A DNA stretch of 64,000 nucleotides from Octopus vulgaris (Eukaryota). The position numbers and the translations under genes were made by a program. Position 1 is the first letter of the stretch; every line of letters begins with the position of its first letter. This document shows, piece by piece, positions 39,562-51,416 of this stretch. Where the stretch lies: positions 75,826,001 to 75,890,000 of the forward strand of contig OX597815.1 of NCBI GenBank assembly GCA_951406725.2, given 5' to 3'. The notes beneath the pieces are model-generated. The model ran no database searches. It worked only from the letters and a program-made list of their open reading frames with translations, and had not been told where the DNA came from.

Positions 39562-40474
39562 TCATCATCATCATCATCATCGATTAACGTCCGTTGTCGA
39601 TGCTGGCATGGGTTGGATGGTTTGACTGAGGTCTGGAGAGCCAGCGGCTGCACCAGGCTCCAATCTGGTCTGGCAGAGTTTCTACAGCTGGATGCCCTTC
39701 CTAACGCCAGCCACTCTGAGAGTGTAGCGGGTGCTTTTTACATGCCACCAGCACAGGAGCCAGTAAGGCAGGCCTGGCAATGATCATGTTCAGATGGTGC
39801 TTTTTATGTGCCACCAGCACAGGAGCCAGTCAGTGGGTACTGGCATTGGCCACATTCAGTTGGTACTTTTTACATGCCACAGGCACAGGGGGCCAGTCTA
39901 GCAGTCCTGGCATCATCCACGTTCGAATGGTGCTTTTTATGTGCCACCAGCACGTGAGCCAGTCAGGGGACACCGGCCCCGTCTGCAATATTGGTTTTAC
40001 TTGACTCAACAGGTCTTCTCAAGCATATCATATCATTGCCCGACACATCAAGAGTATTTTTAACAAGGCTGGACATGCATGGCTGCGATCTCACTTTAGT
40101 TACTGGGTCTTCTCAATCACAGCATATTTCCAAAGGTCCTGGTCTCCTGTTATTGCTTCTGTGAGGCCTAATGTTCAAAGGTCATACTTCACCACCTCAT
40201 CCCATGTCTTCGTGGGTCTACCTCTTCCACAGGTTCGTTCTACAGTTAGGGAGTGGCACTTCCTCACACAGCTGTCCTCATTCATATGTAACACATGGCC
40301 ATACTAGCACAGTCGCCTCTCTTGCACACCACATTTGATGCTGCTTATGCCCAACTTTTCTCTCCAGCGGATCATATTAGTTTCATTTCTTTCAAGCCTA
40401 TGCATGTCCTCAGCATTCAAGGCCCATATTTCACTGCCATGTAGCATAGCAGTTCACACACATGCATTGTACAA
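39562..40474 (-). mobile_element. 5'-truncated copy of the PHD-RT LINE family (C-terminal coding end, 3' UTR, (GAT)n tail)
   Basis: Minus strand LYNACV*TAMLHGSEIWA...VQERRL..GRGRPTKTWDEVVK; UTR repeat units as in 49690-50278. Confidence 0.8.
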
Positions 40475-41280
40475 TGTGAACTATTTCTGCTACCTTGGGA
40501 GCCATCTGTCAGCACAGGTAGACCTCAGCGATGAAATCCAACACCGTCTGAAGTGTGCAGGAACAGCTTTCGGCAAGCTTCGAACAAGAGTTTTTGCTGA
40601 TCGGGACATCCGAACCGAAACCAAACTCATGGTGTACAGGGCAGTCATTATTCCAACCCTCCTTTACGCATCCAAAACCTGGACCCCGTATAGTCACCAC
40701 CTGAAAACGCTCAAGAAATTTCACCAACGCTGTCTTCAGAAGATCCTTAACATCAGCTGGGAAGACAGAAGAACAAACATCTGCGTGCTACAAGAAGCAA
40801 AAATGACCAGCATCGAAGCCTATGTCATCAAAGGCCAACTAAGATGGAGCGGCCACGTGGTTAGAATGACTGACAAACGACTTACCAAACAGATCTTCTA
40901 CTCCCAACTCAAAGACGGCAAGCGTACAAAAGGAGGCCAGAAGAAACGCTACAAGGACTCCCTGAAAACGAACCTCAAAAAGTGTGACATTGACTTCACT
41001 AACTGGGAGAAAACGGCAAAAAACAGACCACTCTGGAAAACCACCATCCATGAGGGAACGGCGACTTTCGAGTCGAAAAGGTCTGCAGAGCTGGAGGAGA
41101 AAAGACGACGATGGAAGGAGCGCCAACAACAACCACATGCGACTCTCCCTTCCAGCACTAGATGTCTGTACTGCGACCGATCTTTTCAAGCAAGAATTGG
41201 TCTTATCGGTCACCTATGGACTCACCAGTAAATTTGCACGAAGACCATTATCCTCAACCTTGAGGGATTGCCATCACATC
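40473..41280 (+). mobile_element. RTE-clade (BovB/AviRTE-like) LINE 3' fragment with one C-terminal C2H2 finger
   Basis: FCYLGS..AFGKL..KLMVYRAVIIPTLLYASKTW..FHQRCL..LRWSGHVVRM..GGQKKRYKD..CLYCDRSF..GLIGHLWTH; uninterrupted frame. Confidence 0.88.
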
Positions 41281-41552
41281 ACGCTGAATCTCCCTGAGAA
41301 CTACGTTAAAGGTACACGTCTGTGGAGTGCTCATCCACTTACACGTTAATAAATGAGCTGTGACGTCACTGGTACCAAGCTGTATCTGCCTTTGCCTTTC
41401 CCTTGGATAACATCGGTGACATGGAGAGGGGAGGCCAGTACGCATAGGCGACTGCTGGTCTTCCATAAACAACCTTGCCCAGACTTGTGCCTCGGAGGGT
41501 AACTTTCTAGGTGCAATCCCATGGTCATCCATGACCAAAGGGGGTCACAATA

Positions 41553-41936
41553 TCTCTCTCTATATAAACGGCAGTTTGTCTGTGCGTGTTTCTGTGTGTC
41601 TGTTTGCTTGTACCCTCACCCTGACCACGGCTTTCAACCGATTCTGATGAAACTTGACACACACATAGCCCAATGTCATAATTCAAAACTAACGCAGCGA
41701 AAAATTTGAAAAGTTCCCCCAGTTCTGAAAAAAATCGATAAATTCGACATGGGGTCGAGAATCAGAAACACAAACCACAAACTGTCTAGGGGACGCAACT
41801 CCACCTTTTTTAAATCTCAAAAAAAAAATTTACCATCATTTTTTTCCATTTTTTTGCTATTTTTTGGCTATAACTCTAAAAATGCTTTATAGTTATTTCC
41901 CGTACAAACCTGAGCAACGCCGGGCGATACTGCTAG
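41553..41936 (+). mobile_element. Non-autonomous Helitron
   Basis: A|TCTCTCTCTATATAAA...CCTGAGCAACGCCGGGCGATACTGCTAG|T; 3' end shared with 26840-27352. Confidence 0.8.
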
Positions 41937-41937
41937 T

Positions 41938-42196
41938 ATATTATATTTAGAAGGTTGATTGTTATAACCAATCAGGGAGTGACCATTCGTTTCACACCTA
42001 TAAAGTGCTTAGCTGTATAGGTGACTCATCAGACTTAAATGGCCAGAAATACATAACCTCTCTGCAACCGGAGGGAAGAAAACATGATGGTCGGTTAGCT
42101 TTGTAAACAAAAAATGTATCCAGAATGACCCTGCAAGTCCAAAACTGATGGTCACTCTCTGACCAGCCATAACAATCAGTCTTCTAAATATATTAT
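41938..42196. mobile_element. MITE with about 50-bp TIRs
   Basis: ATATTTAGAAGGTTGATTGTTAT..GAGTGACCAT pairs with ATGGTCACTC..ATAACAATCAGTCTTCTAAATAT. Confidence 0.7.
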
Positions 42197-43304
42197 TGCT
42201 CTAACATTTAAAGTAACACAAGCACATGGGATGGCGATCAGACCAGAAAAGAGCATATCAGTTTAATATCCATTTTTCCATGCACAGGTGAATTCTTTGA
42301 GGGAGATTTTCTATAACTTGATGCCTTCTCTGTTGCCAGCCATCACCTGTTTCCAACCAAGATTTCCTCATGGCCAGACCTGCTTCCACAGACTGCAAAT
42401 ACTGAACACTGCCTGTATGATGGTGATGCTTGATAACAATTATCACATGATCTCAAGACAAGGGGTCTCTCTCACACACACACACACAAATGATGGGTTT
42501 CTTTCAGTTTCCATCTACCAAATCCACTTACAAGTCTTTGGTCAGCCCAGGTGAAAGCTAGTTCAAGAGCACTGATTGATTTACACCCACTGAATTTACG
42601 CAGTTTGGGAATGTTGGTTTTAACCCCTAAATATCCAAAAGCTTCACTATAATGATGACTTTCATTTACAATAATCATACAATGTGAAGACAAGGAAACA
42701 CATGCATGCATATATACACATATATATAATGTACAACACACAACAATCAGCAATAGATTCCAAATGTTTCTGAGAAATTTACTTACTATAGACTTGTATC
42801 CTTTGTTGGAAAATGTCTTTCAATGATTTAATAGTACAGCAGCCAGACATTGGCCTTGTAAAATTAGCTAAAATGTCAACTTTTGGCTTTTTTCAACTTT
42901 TGCTTCCTTTGTTTACAGTAGCAGTTATCTGTCTTGTATGTACAATTATCTCATTTCATATTTTAGGGGTTAATTCCTCATCTGCTTCTAATTAACTACC
43001 CTCATATATATTTGTGTGTGAGTGTTATTGTTAAGCTATTTTGCATCCATTATTACATGCTAGTATAAAGTAAGTTGTCAGCTCTGCAGCTAGATGTCAT
43101 TCCTACATTTAACCACTCGTGAAATAAACTATGAAATAAAATAGCAGTTACTCTTTTCATTCAGATGGACTGAAAGGCAGAGTTACATAAGTGTGTTTCT
43201 TGATAATAGCTAGGAATGAATGCAGTACCTTAAACACACATTCATTTGGCTTAAAATATTAGATGCAACATTATACAGAGAAGAAATAAAGAGGCAAGTT
43301 AAGT

Positions 43305-44276
43305 GGGCATGAGAGATTTTGGCAGAGCCATTTTGATTCTGCTTATTTGGGGTTAGTGATTTGATGCTGACTTATTTGACATCAGACATTTTTAAGGTTT
43401 CTCTTCATTTTCTCCCTCTCTCTATCTGTGTGTATATTTCAGCATATGTGTGCATGTGTGTGTGTGTGTATGCTGTTACTTCAAATGAGGTGTTTAGTAA
43501 CAGACCTTTGTAAGCACCATGGCTTAATACCGAGAAAAACGCAAAGTTTCATGACTTTCAGAATGCGATCTCTCAGCAAGGAATGAAGTTAGTAAGTTGA
43601 TTTTGGTCTTAAAATGACCATGAAGACCTCCTCTAATCATTCCACCAATGTAAAATTATTTATTTATGTATGCATCTGAAAGATGAAACAATAACTGGGT
43701 TTTTCTCATTTTGTAGAATATACTGGTACAACGAAACGGCGTATCGCATTGCATATTTTAGCCATAATATCTAGAGAAAACAGACACCCCGCAAATGTAT
43801 TATTTGTGTTTTAATATACCAAGGTAAGTATCTTTAAGAGGTAAGTAAAATAAAATAGTAAGATAATAGCCCATTATCATTATGATGGTAAGAAGGAATA
43901 TTAGAAAATGAGCCATAACACCTTGAAGAACAATAATGGTTCAACACCAAACTCATTGATTGAGCGTGTGTGCTTATGATGGTGTGTTACTAAACTCACT
44001 GGTACAAGTTTGGGTGAGCGAGGATCATGTCACTAGCATCAAGGTACAATTTTTTTCAGCCAGATTTTCGACCTTATTGCAAGCTTCACCTGATTCTAGA
44101 TGTCAAGACAAAGAAAATGATATACTAACCTCGAAAATGGCTAGGGTGGTACTTATGACACTCTGTTACTAAATGCCTCACATGGAAAAAAGTATTGTTG
44201 CCAAAACAGTCTGCATGTCCAATCAGCTGTGCCATATCATCAGCATCCAATCAGCTGCACCCAAACCTCTCATTAC
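43305..44276. mobile_element. Possible decayed MULE-like DNA transposon
   Basis: Weak terminal similarity (ATGAGAG.TTT.G) with subterminal CCAATCAGCTG repeats; remnant ..IAYFSHNI* resembles a MULE transposase C-terminus. Confidence 0.3.
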
Positions 44277-44537
44277 ATCATCATCATCATTTAATATCCA
44301 TTTTACATGCTGACATAGGTTGGACAGTTTGACAGGATGAGGGTTAAGATATAAGAGGGTAGAACAGAGCATGTACTTGTTCTAGAGGAGCTACATGGCT
44401 ACCCACATTTCGAAGAGAAAGCACAGGTGTCTTGCTATAGAGAAAATACATGGCTACCCCACATTATTTAAGGGTGGGTGGGAGTAGCTGGGAAGAAGAT
44501 AAAGATGCATACATTTGATGAAAAATGTATAATTTAC

Positions 44538-45308
44538 CTGTAAGATGTATGAAGAGAGATCAACTGCTAATTTCATTTCATTGATTATAACAGTGTTACC
44601 ATCCTTTACTTCAACTACATCCATTTCACTTTTCCCTTTTAAAGGTCTTTTGCGGACACAAACTTTAATTTTTTCATCTCTCATTGAACGAGGACTACTT
44701 GCTCGTACCTTTTTCTTGTTCTTTGGGATTCCATAATTGTATGAAGTATGATGAGTGACTTTTTCAATTGGACTCTGAGGGGAACTGCCTGAACTATCTG
44801 ATAAATTAGCTGAGTAATTAAAATCATGGTTCTCAACAACCTTAGTTGACAGAAAGTCTGTATTAGAAAAATGTTTACGAGACGCCACCACCACAGATGC
44901 GTGTTGAGATCTTGCCTCCTTTAGAGACTGCTCAAGCGCCGAGGGAACTATAACAGTGGAAGGGGAAGTTGAATGAGATGGTGATGATGGGGGTGGGGGT
45001 GGAGGGGTGGATGACCGCGATACTGCTGCTGTTCTCTTGGGGTTGCCACAAAAGCTGTGTGACCGTTTGTGTTCAAGTTTCTGGCGAGGTACTGTTGTTG
45101 CATGACTGGATGAATTAAAAATAGATCGTAGCAAGTTAATGAGTTCATAGAGGCGACGTCTTTCATCTGTAGTGTTTAGCCCGAATGCTCCATAATCTCG
45201 AGGTGTCAGTTTCACTAACGACTCAGCTTTTGATATGCCATGAGTTAAGAAAGAGGAGTAATATCTCTCAAGATGAACCTCCCGAAGACAATCATACAGG
45301 GTTCCCAT
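44538..45308 (-). CDS. KIF24: KIF24-like kinesin-13, coding exon 1 (SAM domain, S/P-rich linker, start of motor)
   Basis: MGTLYDCLREVHLERYYSSF...RRRLYELINLL is a SAM domain like the KIF24 N-terminus. YNYGIP motif, then KIKVCVRKRPL...KLAVDLSSYILQ. Acceptor TTTCAG ends at 45319 (10 nt of UTR before ATG); donor CAG|GTAAAT at 44537. 771 nt, phase 0. Confidence 0.93.
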
Positions 45309-45336
45309 GACTTAACCACTGAAATAGCCAAAAGAA

Positions 45337-45372
<36 letters not shown>

Positions 45373-45685
45373 GATAACAACAATAAATTTCAAATTTTGG
45401 CACAAAGCAAGCAATTTTGGGGTAATGGGTAAATTAATTACACTGACCCCAGTACTCAACTGGTACTTAATTTATCGACTCTGAAAGGATGAAAGGTAAA
45501 GTTAACCTCAGCGGAATTTGAACTCAGAGTGTAAAGATGGACAAAATGCTGCTAAGCATTTTTCCCAGTGCGCTAACAATTCTGCCAGCTTGCCACCTTA
45601 TCAGATGGGTAGTTATGATGGATTTAATGGGCTTTGTATATTTTAAGCCAGTGTCACTTTGATGGCATGCACAGCTCTCTCACTC

Positions 45686-45726
<41 letters not shown>

Positions 45727-45934
45727 GTTTCAAATTTTGGCACAAGGCCACCAATTTTGTGGGAGGGGAAAAGTCAATTACATCAACCCCAGTACTCAAC
45801 TGGTACTTATTTTATTGACTTCAAAAGGATGAAAAGCAAAGTCAACCTCAGCAGAATTTGAACTCAAAACACCAAGACAGACGAAATACCACTAATCATT
45901 TCACCCAGCTTGCTAATGATTCTGCCAGCTCACA

Positions 45935-45968
<34 letters not shown>

Positions 45969-46017
45969 AATAATAATAATAATAATAATGATAATAATAA
46001 TAATAGCAGCAGCAGCA

Positions 46018-46603
46018 GCCCAGAAGGAATATGAGACACCAGACAATATAGCAAGGCTTGTCCATTGGACACTTTGCAACAAGTATGGACTTGACAGAGC
46101 AAAAAATTGGTATGGCCACAAACCCGAAGGCATCGTCGAAAATAAAAATGCAAATATCCTATGGGATTTTACGATTCAGTGTGACCACGAGATAGAAAAT
46201 AGGAAGCCAGACATAGTCTTAATTGAGAAAGAAAACAAACTATGCTGGATCATAGATATAGCATGCCCAGCTGACAACAAGGTATGGAATATGGAAGAAA
46301 GAAAAGTTGAGAGATATGACAGGTTAGCTTGGGAAGTTAAGCAGTTGTGTCAATGAAAAAGATAGCAGTAGTACCAATAATTGCCGGAGCCCTCAGAACA
46401 GTAAGCAAAAATCTCAAAAAGTACATAGAGCAAATAGGGGCTGCAATAAGGGTGGGGCACTTGCAGTAAACAGCACTGCTTGGAACCGTCAGAATACTCT
46501 GGAAGGTGCTCGAAAATTAAGAGGTGTTACCTCATTTCACTGGTAGTGAATAGCTGACACTGCAGTACATCTCTACCAGCATTAGAAGCTGTGCAAAGGC
46601 AAT

Positions 46604-46638
<35 letters not shown>
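46018..46638 (+). mobile_element. R4/Dong-clade non-LTR retrotransposon 3' fragment (REL endonuclease)
   Basis: QKEY..DNIARLVHW..WYGHKPE..ILWDFTIQCD..RKPDIVL..IIDIACP..E.KVERY..VVPIIAGAL..ALLGTVRIL; flanked on both sides by (TAA)n. Confidence 0.85.
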
Positions 46639-46641
<3 letters not shown>

Positions 46642-46795
46642 TGATGACGATAATGATTTCAAATTTTGGCACAAGGCCAGTAATTTTTTTGGGGGGGTGG
46701 GGTTAAGTTAATTACATCAACCCAGTTCTCAACTGGTACTTATTATATCGACCTTAAAAGGATGAAAGGCTAAGTTGTTGTTGTTGTTATTGTTA

Positions 46796-46847
<52 letters not shown>

Positions 46848-47782
46848 GGCATTTGAAACACTTTAAAAAGTATAATTTTCATAATGGGGTTTAGCCAAAA
46901 GCAGTTAATAAATTGGTATGAAAAATCAAAAACCTGGAAGTAAATTAAGTATTTATATAAAACTTAACAAAAGATATTTAAAAGAAATTTCAACATTTTT
47001 TGCTTCATTAGGTATCTGAGAAGAGGAGTATTAATTCAGATTTGTCCTTAACTTATCATATTTGAGACTAAGGTGATGAATTGATAGAATCATTAGTGTT
47101 GAACAAAATACTTTGCAGTATTTATTCTGGCTCATTTTACATTCTGAGTTCAAATCATATCAAGGTCAACTTTGTCTTCCATCTCTCCCAAGTTGATAAA
47201 ATAAAATACTAGCCAAGTACTGGGTTCCCAATTTGAGAACAATTTCTTCTCAACCTCCTATCAGTCTCAGAAGCCCTGTAAGAGGTCATAGGCAATGCCT
47301 CCCCTCTTGGTCTAAAGATAAATAACAAAAAAAAGCAGAAGATATACAACTTAACCTGAATCAATATTTGAGAATTTCAGAAAGATTTTTTTTTAATTAT
47401 TTCTATATCATTTTATCCACAATTTGCGATACTTGTGTTACAGTAATCATGTTAAATGGTGCCACAGCTGACTATATTGATAGGATATAGGCTGCATCAC
47501 TGGTATTGCATCATGCTTAGGTTCAGTCTAACTAGAACTGGACACCTGGTGGGTGTACTTCCACTGACTTATAAAATGATTCAGTACAACACATGTAAAC
47601 CGATCACCTCAACCAGACAAACTGCCTCCAATGTACCCTCATCACAGCATTGACATCATGAAACTGATAAGAGTGAGAAAGCAAGTGTTTGATACTCTGA
47701 CCAGCCAAATTGCTAACTTAAAATGTATGTTTGCTCCAAATGACATTAGCCTGTGTCTTTAGGTAACCTAAAAGGTATGGCA

Positions 47783-48085
47783 GTGGAGGCACAATGGCCC
47801 AGTGGTTAGGGCAGCGGACTCGCAGTTGGCGAATCGCAGTTTCGATTCCCAGACTGGGCGTTGTGTGTGTTTATTGAGCAAAAACACCCAAAAGCTCCAC
47901 GAGGTTCCAGCAGGGAGTGGTGGTGACCCCTGTTGTACTCTTTCACCACAACTTTCTCTCACTCTTTCTTCCTGTTTCTTGAGTAACACTGCGATGGACT
48001 GGCATCCCGTCCAGCTGGGGGGAACACATACGTCACAGAAACTGGGAAACCACGCTCATGAGCCTGGCTAGGCTTGAAAAGGGCG
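47783..48085 (+). mobile_element. tRNA-derived SINE with a V-domain-like 3' part
   Basis: A box TGGCCCAGTGG, B box TTCGATTCCC, CTGCGATGGACTGGCATCCCGTCCAG motif. Confidence 0.7.
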
Positions 48086-48377
48086 ACGAAAAAAGGTATG
48101 GCAAACTGGAGTAAAACCAATCATTGCATAATTCTCTGTAGTCTGGATGATTCAACCAATCTGACAATATCCTGGGGATCAGAATATGTAACTTGATAGG
48201 ATATGGATCACTAAAGGTGGTTAGCTAAACCAACAAGGTTAAATTGAACAGTTACTATACTGTGACTATGGAAAAGACATTTAACATAGACAAATTTATT
48301 GTTAAGATATAAACACTTTTGAAATACTCCCTTTCTTTGTGGATCTAGAGTTTCGAATGATAATAATTTTATCCTAT

Positions 48378-50278
48378 AAAGTACTACTGATGCTATATTC
48401 CTGGTAAGGCAGCTGCAGGAGAAATACCTAGCCAAAGATAAGCCCCTGTACCTGGCTTTTGTTGACATGGAGAAAGCCTTCGACAGGGTCCCCCGATCCC
48501 TTATCTGGTGGGCAATGAGGAAACTAGGGATAGATGAATGGTTAGTGAGAGCTGTGCGGGCCATGTATAGGGACGCCGCTAGTAGGGTGAGGGTTGGAAA
48601 TGTGTACAGTGAAGAATTCCGGGTAGAGGTAGGAGTCCACCAAGGCTCAGTACTCAGCCCCCTCCTATTTATCATAGTCCTCCAGGCAATAACAGAGGAA
48701 TTCAAGACAGGATGCCCTTGGGAGCTCCTCTATGCTGATGACCTTGCTCTAATTGCTGAGTCGCTATCAGAACTGGAGGAGAAGTTTCAGGTGTGGAAAC
48801 AAGGATTAGAATCGAAGGGCCTCAGAGTCAATCTAGCTAAAACCAAAGTCGTAATCAGTAGGAAGGTAGACAAATCACAAACACCTTCAGGTAGATGGCC
48901 CTGCTCGATCTGTAGAAAAGGTGTAGGTAGAAACTCTATAAGATGCACCAAGTGTAAGCTATGGACACATAAGAGATGCAGCAATGTCAAAGGAAGGCTA
49001 ACTAGGAAGATGGTTTTTGTATGTGGCAGATGCTCAGGAACAATAAACACTGAAAATGCTCTGAGACCAACTTCCGTCACTTTCCAGGGAGAAAAACTAG
49101 AAATAGTTGATAGTTTCCGTTACCTAGGTGACCAAGTCAGCAGCGAGGGGGCGGGTGTGCTGAAAGTGTAACTGCTAGAGTAAGAATAGCTTGGGCAAAG
49201 TTCAGAGAGCTCTTACCTCTGCTGGTGACAAAAGGCCTCTCGCACAGAGTGAAAGGCAGACTGTATGATGCGTGTGTACGAACAGCCATGCTACATGGCA
49301 GTGAAACATGGGCCGTGACTGCTGAGGATATGCGTAAGCTCGCTAGAAATGAAGCCAGTATGCTCCGATGGATGTGTAATGCCAGTACTCACACTCGGCA
49401 GAGTGTAAGTACCTTGAGAGAAAAGCTGGACCTAAGAAGCATCAGTTGTGGTGTGCAAGAGAGACGTTTGCGCTGGTATGGTCATGTGGCGAGAATGGAT
49501 GAAGATAGTTGTGTGAAAAAGTGCCACACCCTAGCGGTTGAGGGAACCTGTGGAAGAGGCAGACCCAGGAAAACCTGGGACGAGGTGGTGAAGCACGACC
49601 TTCGAACTTTAGGTCTCACTGAGGAAATGACTAGAGACCGAGACCTCTGGAAGTGTGCTGTGCGCGAGAAGACCCAGCAGGACAAGTGAGTCCATAACCC
49701 GTGGCCTTCTACATGGGATGGAGCCGGCCTACGTATGCATACCTTCCCTTCTTGGGACACAAAACTCTACTTGTGAAGACGTGTTGAGGCAAGTGAGGAT
49801 CAGAATCGAAATCGATCAATGGAAATTGCGGATGTGCTACCAGTGCCGGTGGCATGTCAAAACTCTGCTTGTGAAGACCCGTTGAGGCAAGTGAGGATCA
49901 GAATCGAAATCGATCAATGGAAATTGCAGATGTGTTACCAGTGCCGGTGGCATGTAAGAGAACTTTCCGTTTCGCGACCGTTGCCAGCACCGCCCCGTTT
50001 CGTGTCCGTTGCCAGCCTCGCCTGGCCCTCATGCCGGTGGCACATAAAAAGCACCATCCGTTCGTGGCCGTTTGCCAGCTCTGTCTGGCACCAGTGCGGG
50101 TGGCACGTAAAAAGCACCCACTACACTCACGGAGTGGTTGGCGTTAGGAAGGGCATCCAGCCGTAGAAACACTGCCAGATTTGACTGGGCCTGATGAAGC
50201 CTTCTGGCTTCACAGACCCCAGTAGAACCGTCCAACCCATGCTAGCATGGAAAACGGATGATGATGATGATGATGATG
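48378..50278 (+). mobile_element. 5'-truncated RTE-group LINE: RT with embedded PHD finger, one frameshift near 49146, structured 3' UTR, (GAT)n tail
   Basis: STTDAIF..FVDMEKAFD..GVHQGSVLSP..LLYADDL..[PHD]..FRYLG / LHGSETW..LRWYGHV..GRGRPRKTW; stop at 49687-49689. Confidence 0.92.
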
Positions 50279-51416
50279 AAAAGAATACCAATAAAATAAT
50301 AAATGCTCCCCAAAGTTGATATAAAAAAATTTGTGTTGTAGCTGCACTTTAGTTGCTGTATAATTGTAAAACAACTGTGTAGCATATTGTTATATTTTGG
50401 AATGGTCATTTCTTTTTCTTGCCAAATAAACACATACACTATATATATATATATATTCTTCACTCATTTATTATTGGGGAAGAAAAAATGACCATCCCAA
50501 AATATAACACAAAATTTCAAATCAGGAATCTAGCAAAACAAATTCATAATTTAACTATGAAGCAGTTGCAATAAAAACAAAAAATGTACTTGAAATGCAA
50601 TGATTAACTTCAATGGGAATAATTTAGCATTCATTTACAACCAAATATCAAAAATTATTTAAAATTTGAGGTGTTTAACCCTTTCACTACCAGCCCACCT
50701 GAAACCACAACCTGGTTCTTGATAAAAAATCTTCCTGTTTATAGTGATCTGAATTTAAACTTTTGTTGAACTGAAGAGTATAATGCTTGATGGATAAAGT
50801 GTTACATTATAAATCAAAAGGTTTTCAGTTCAATCCCAATAGCTACAGTTCTGTTTCGCCCTTGGAGAAGATGCATATCTTTACTTACTGCCATCGATAT
50901 GACAAAACAAATGGATACTTTTATTCTGTATGATTTGCTAGTATTTATGAAAAGTTTCCAGTTGTTTGAATCCTAGCAATCATCAACATCATCATCATCA
51001 TCCTCATCGTCAATTAAAGTCCATTTTTTATACCAGCATGGATTGAATGGTTTGACAGTTAGCAAAATAGAAGGACTGCACCAAACTCCAATGTCTGCTT
51101 TGGCATGGTTTCTACAGCTAGATGCCCTTCTTAATGCCAACCGGTTTACAGTATGTACAGGGTGCTTTTTACATGCCAGTAGCACTAGTGAAGTTGTCAA
51201 GTATCTTGCAAGACACAAAAAATAGGAAAACAACATGCAACTATAAAATTTGCAAACTGAGAAAACCCATGGGAGATAACATTAGAAAAATGAATGAAAT
51301 AGAAGTAAAAAATCCATTATATCTATATTATTCTATGCATTCCTGTGTTACTGTCTATTTTGTTTGTGTTATGCTTTATACCAAGAGAGGAAATAATTCA
51401 AATGGAAAACTATGTA

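Noticed and set aside
40335-41231. 298-aa ORF as a host gene
   Set aside because: Chimera of antisense LINE sequence and an RTE fragment
42787-42870. Possible extra KIF24 exon with a GTAAGT donor
   Set aside because: In-frame stops; exons 1 and 2 already join into a continuous motor sequence
43717-43823. Plus-strand exon-like segment (TTGTAG...AAG|GTAAGT)
   Set aside because: Stops in all three frames; lies in a probable DNA-transposon remnant; no partner exons
44454-44537. C-terminal extension of the 284-aa ORF
   Set aside because: Read-through into the intron beyond the GTAAAT donor
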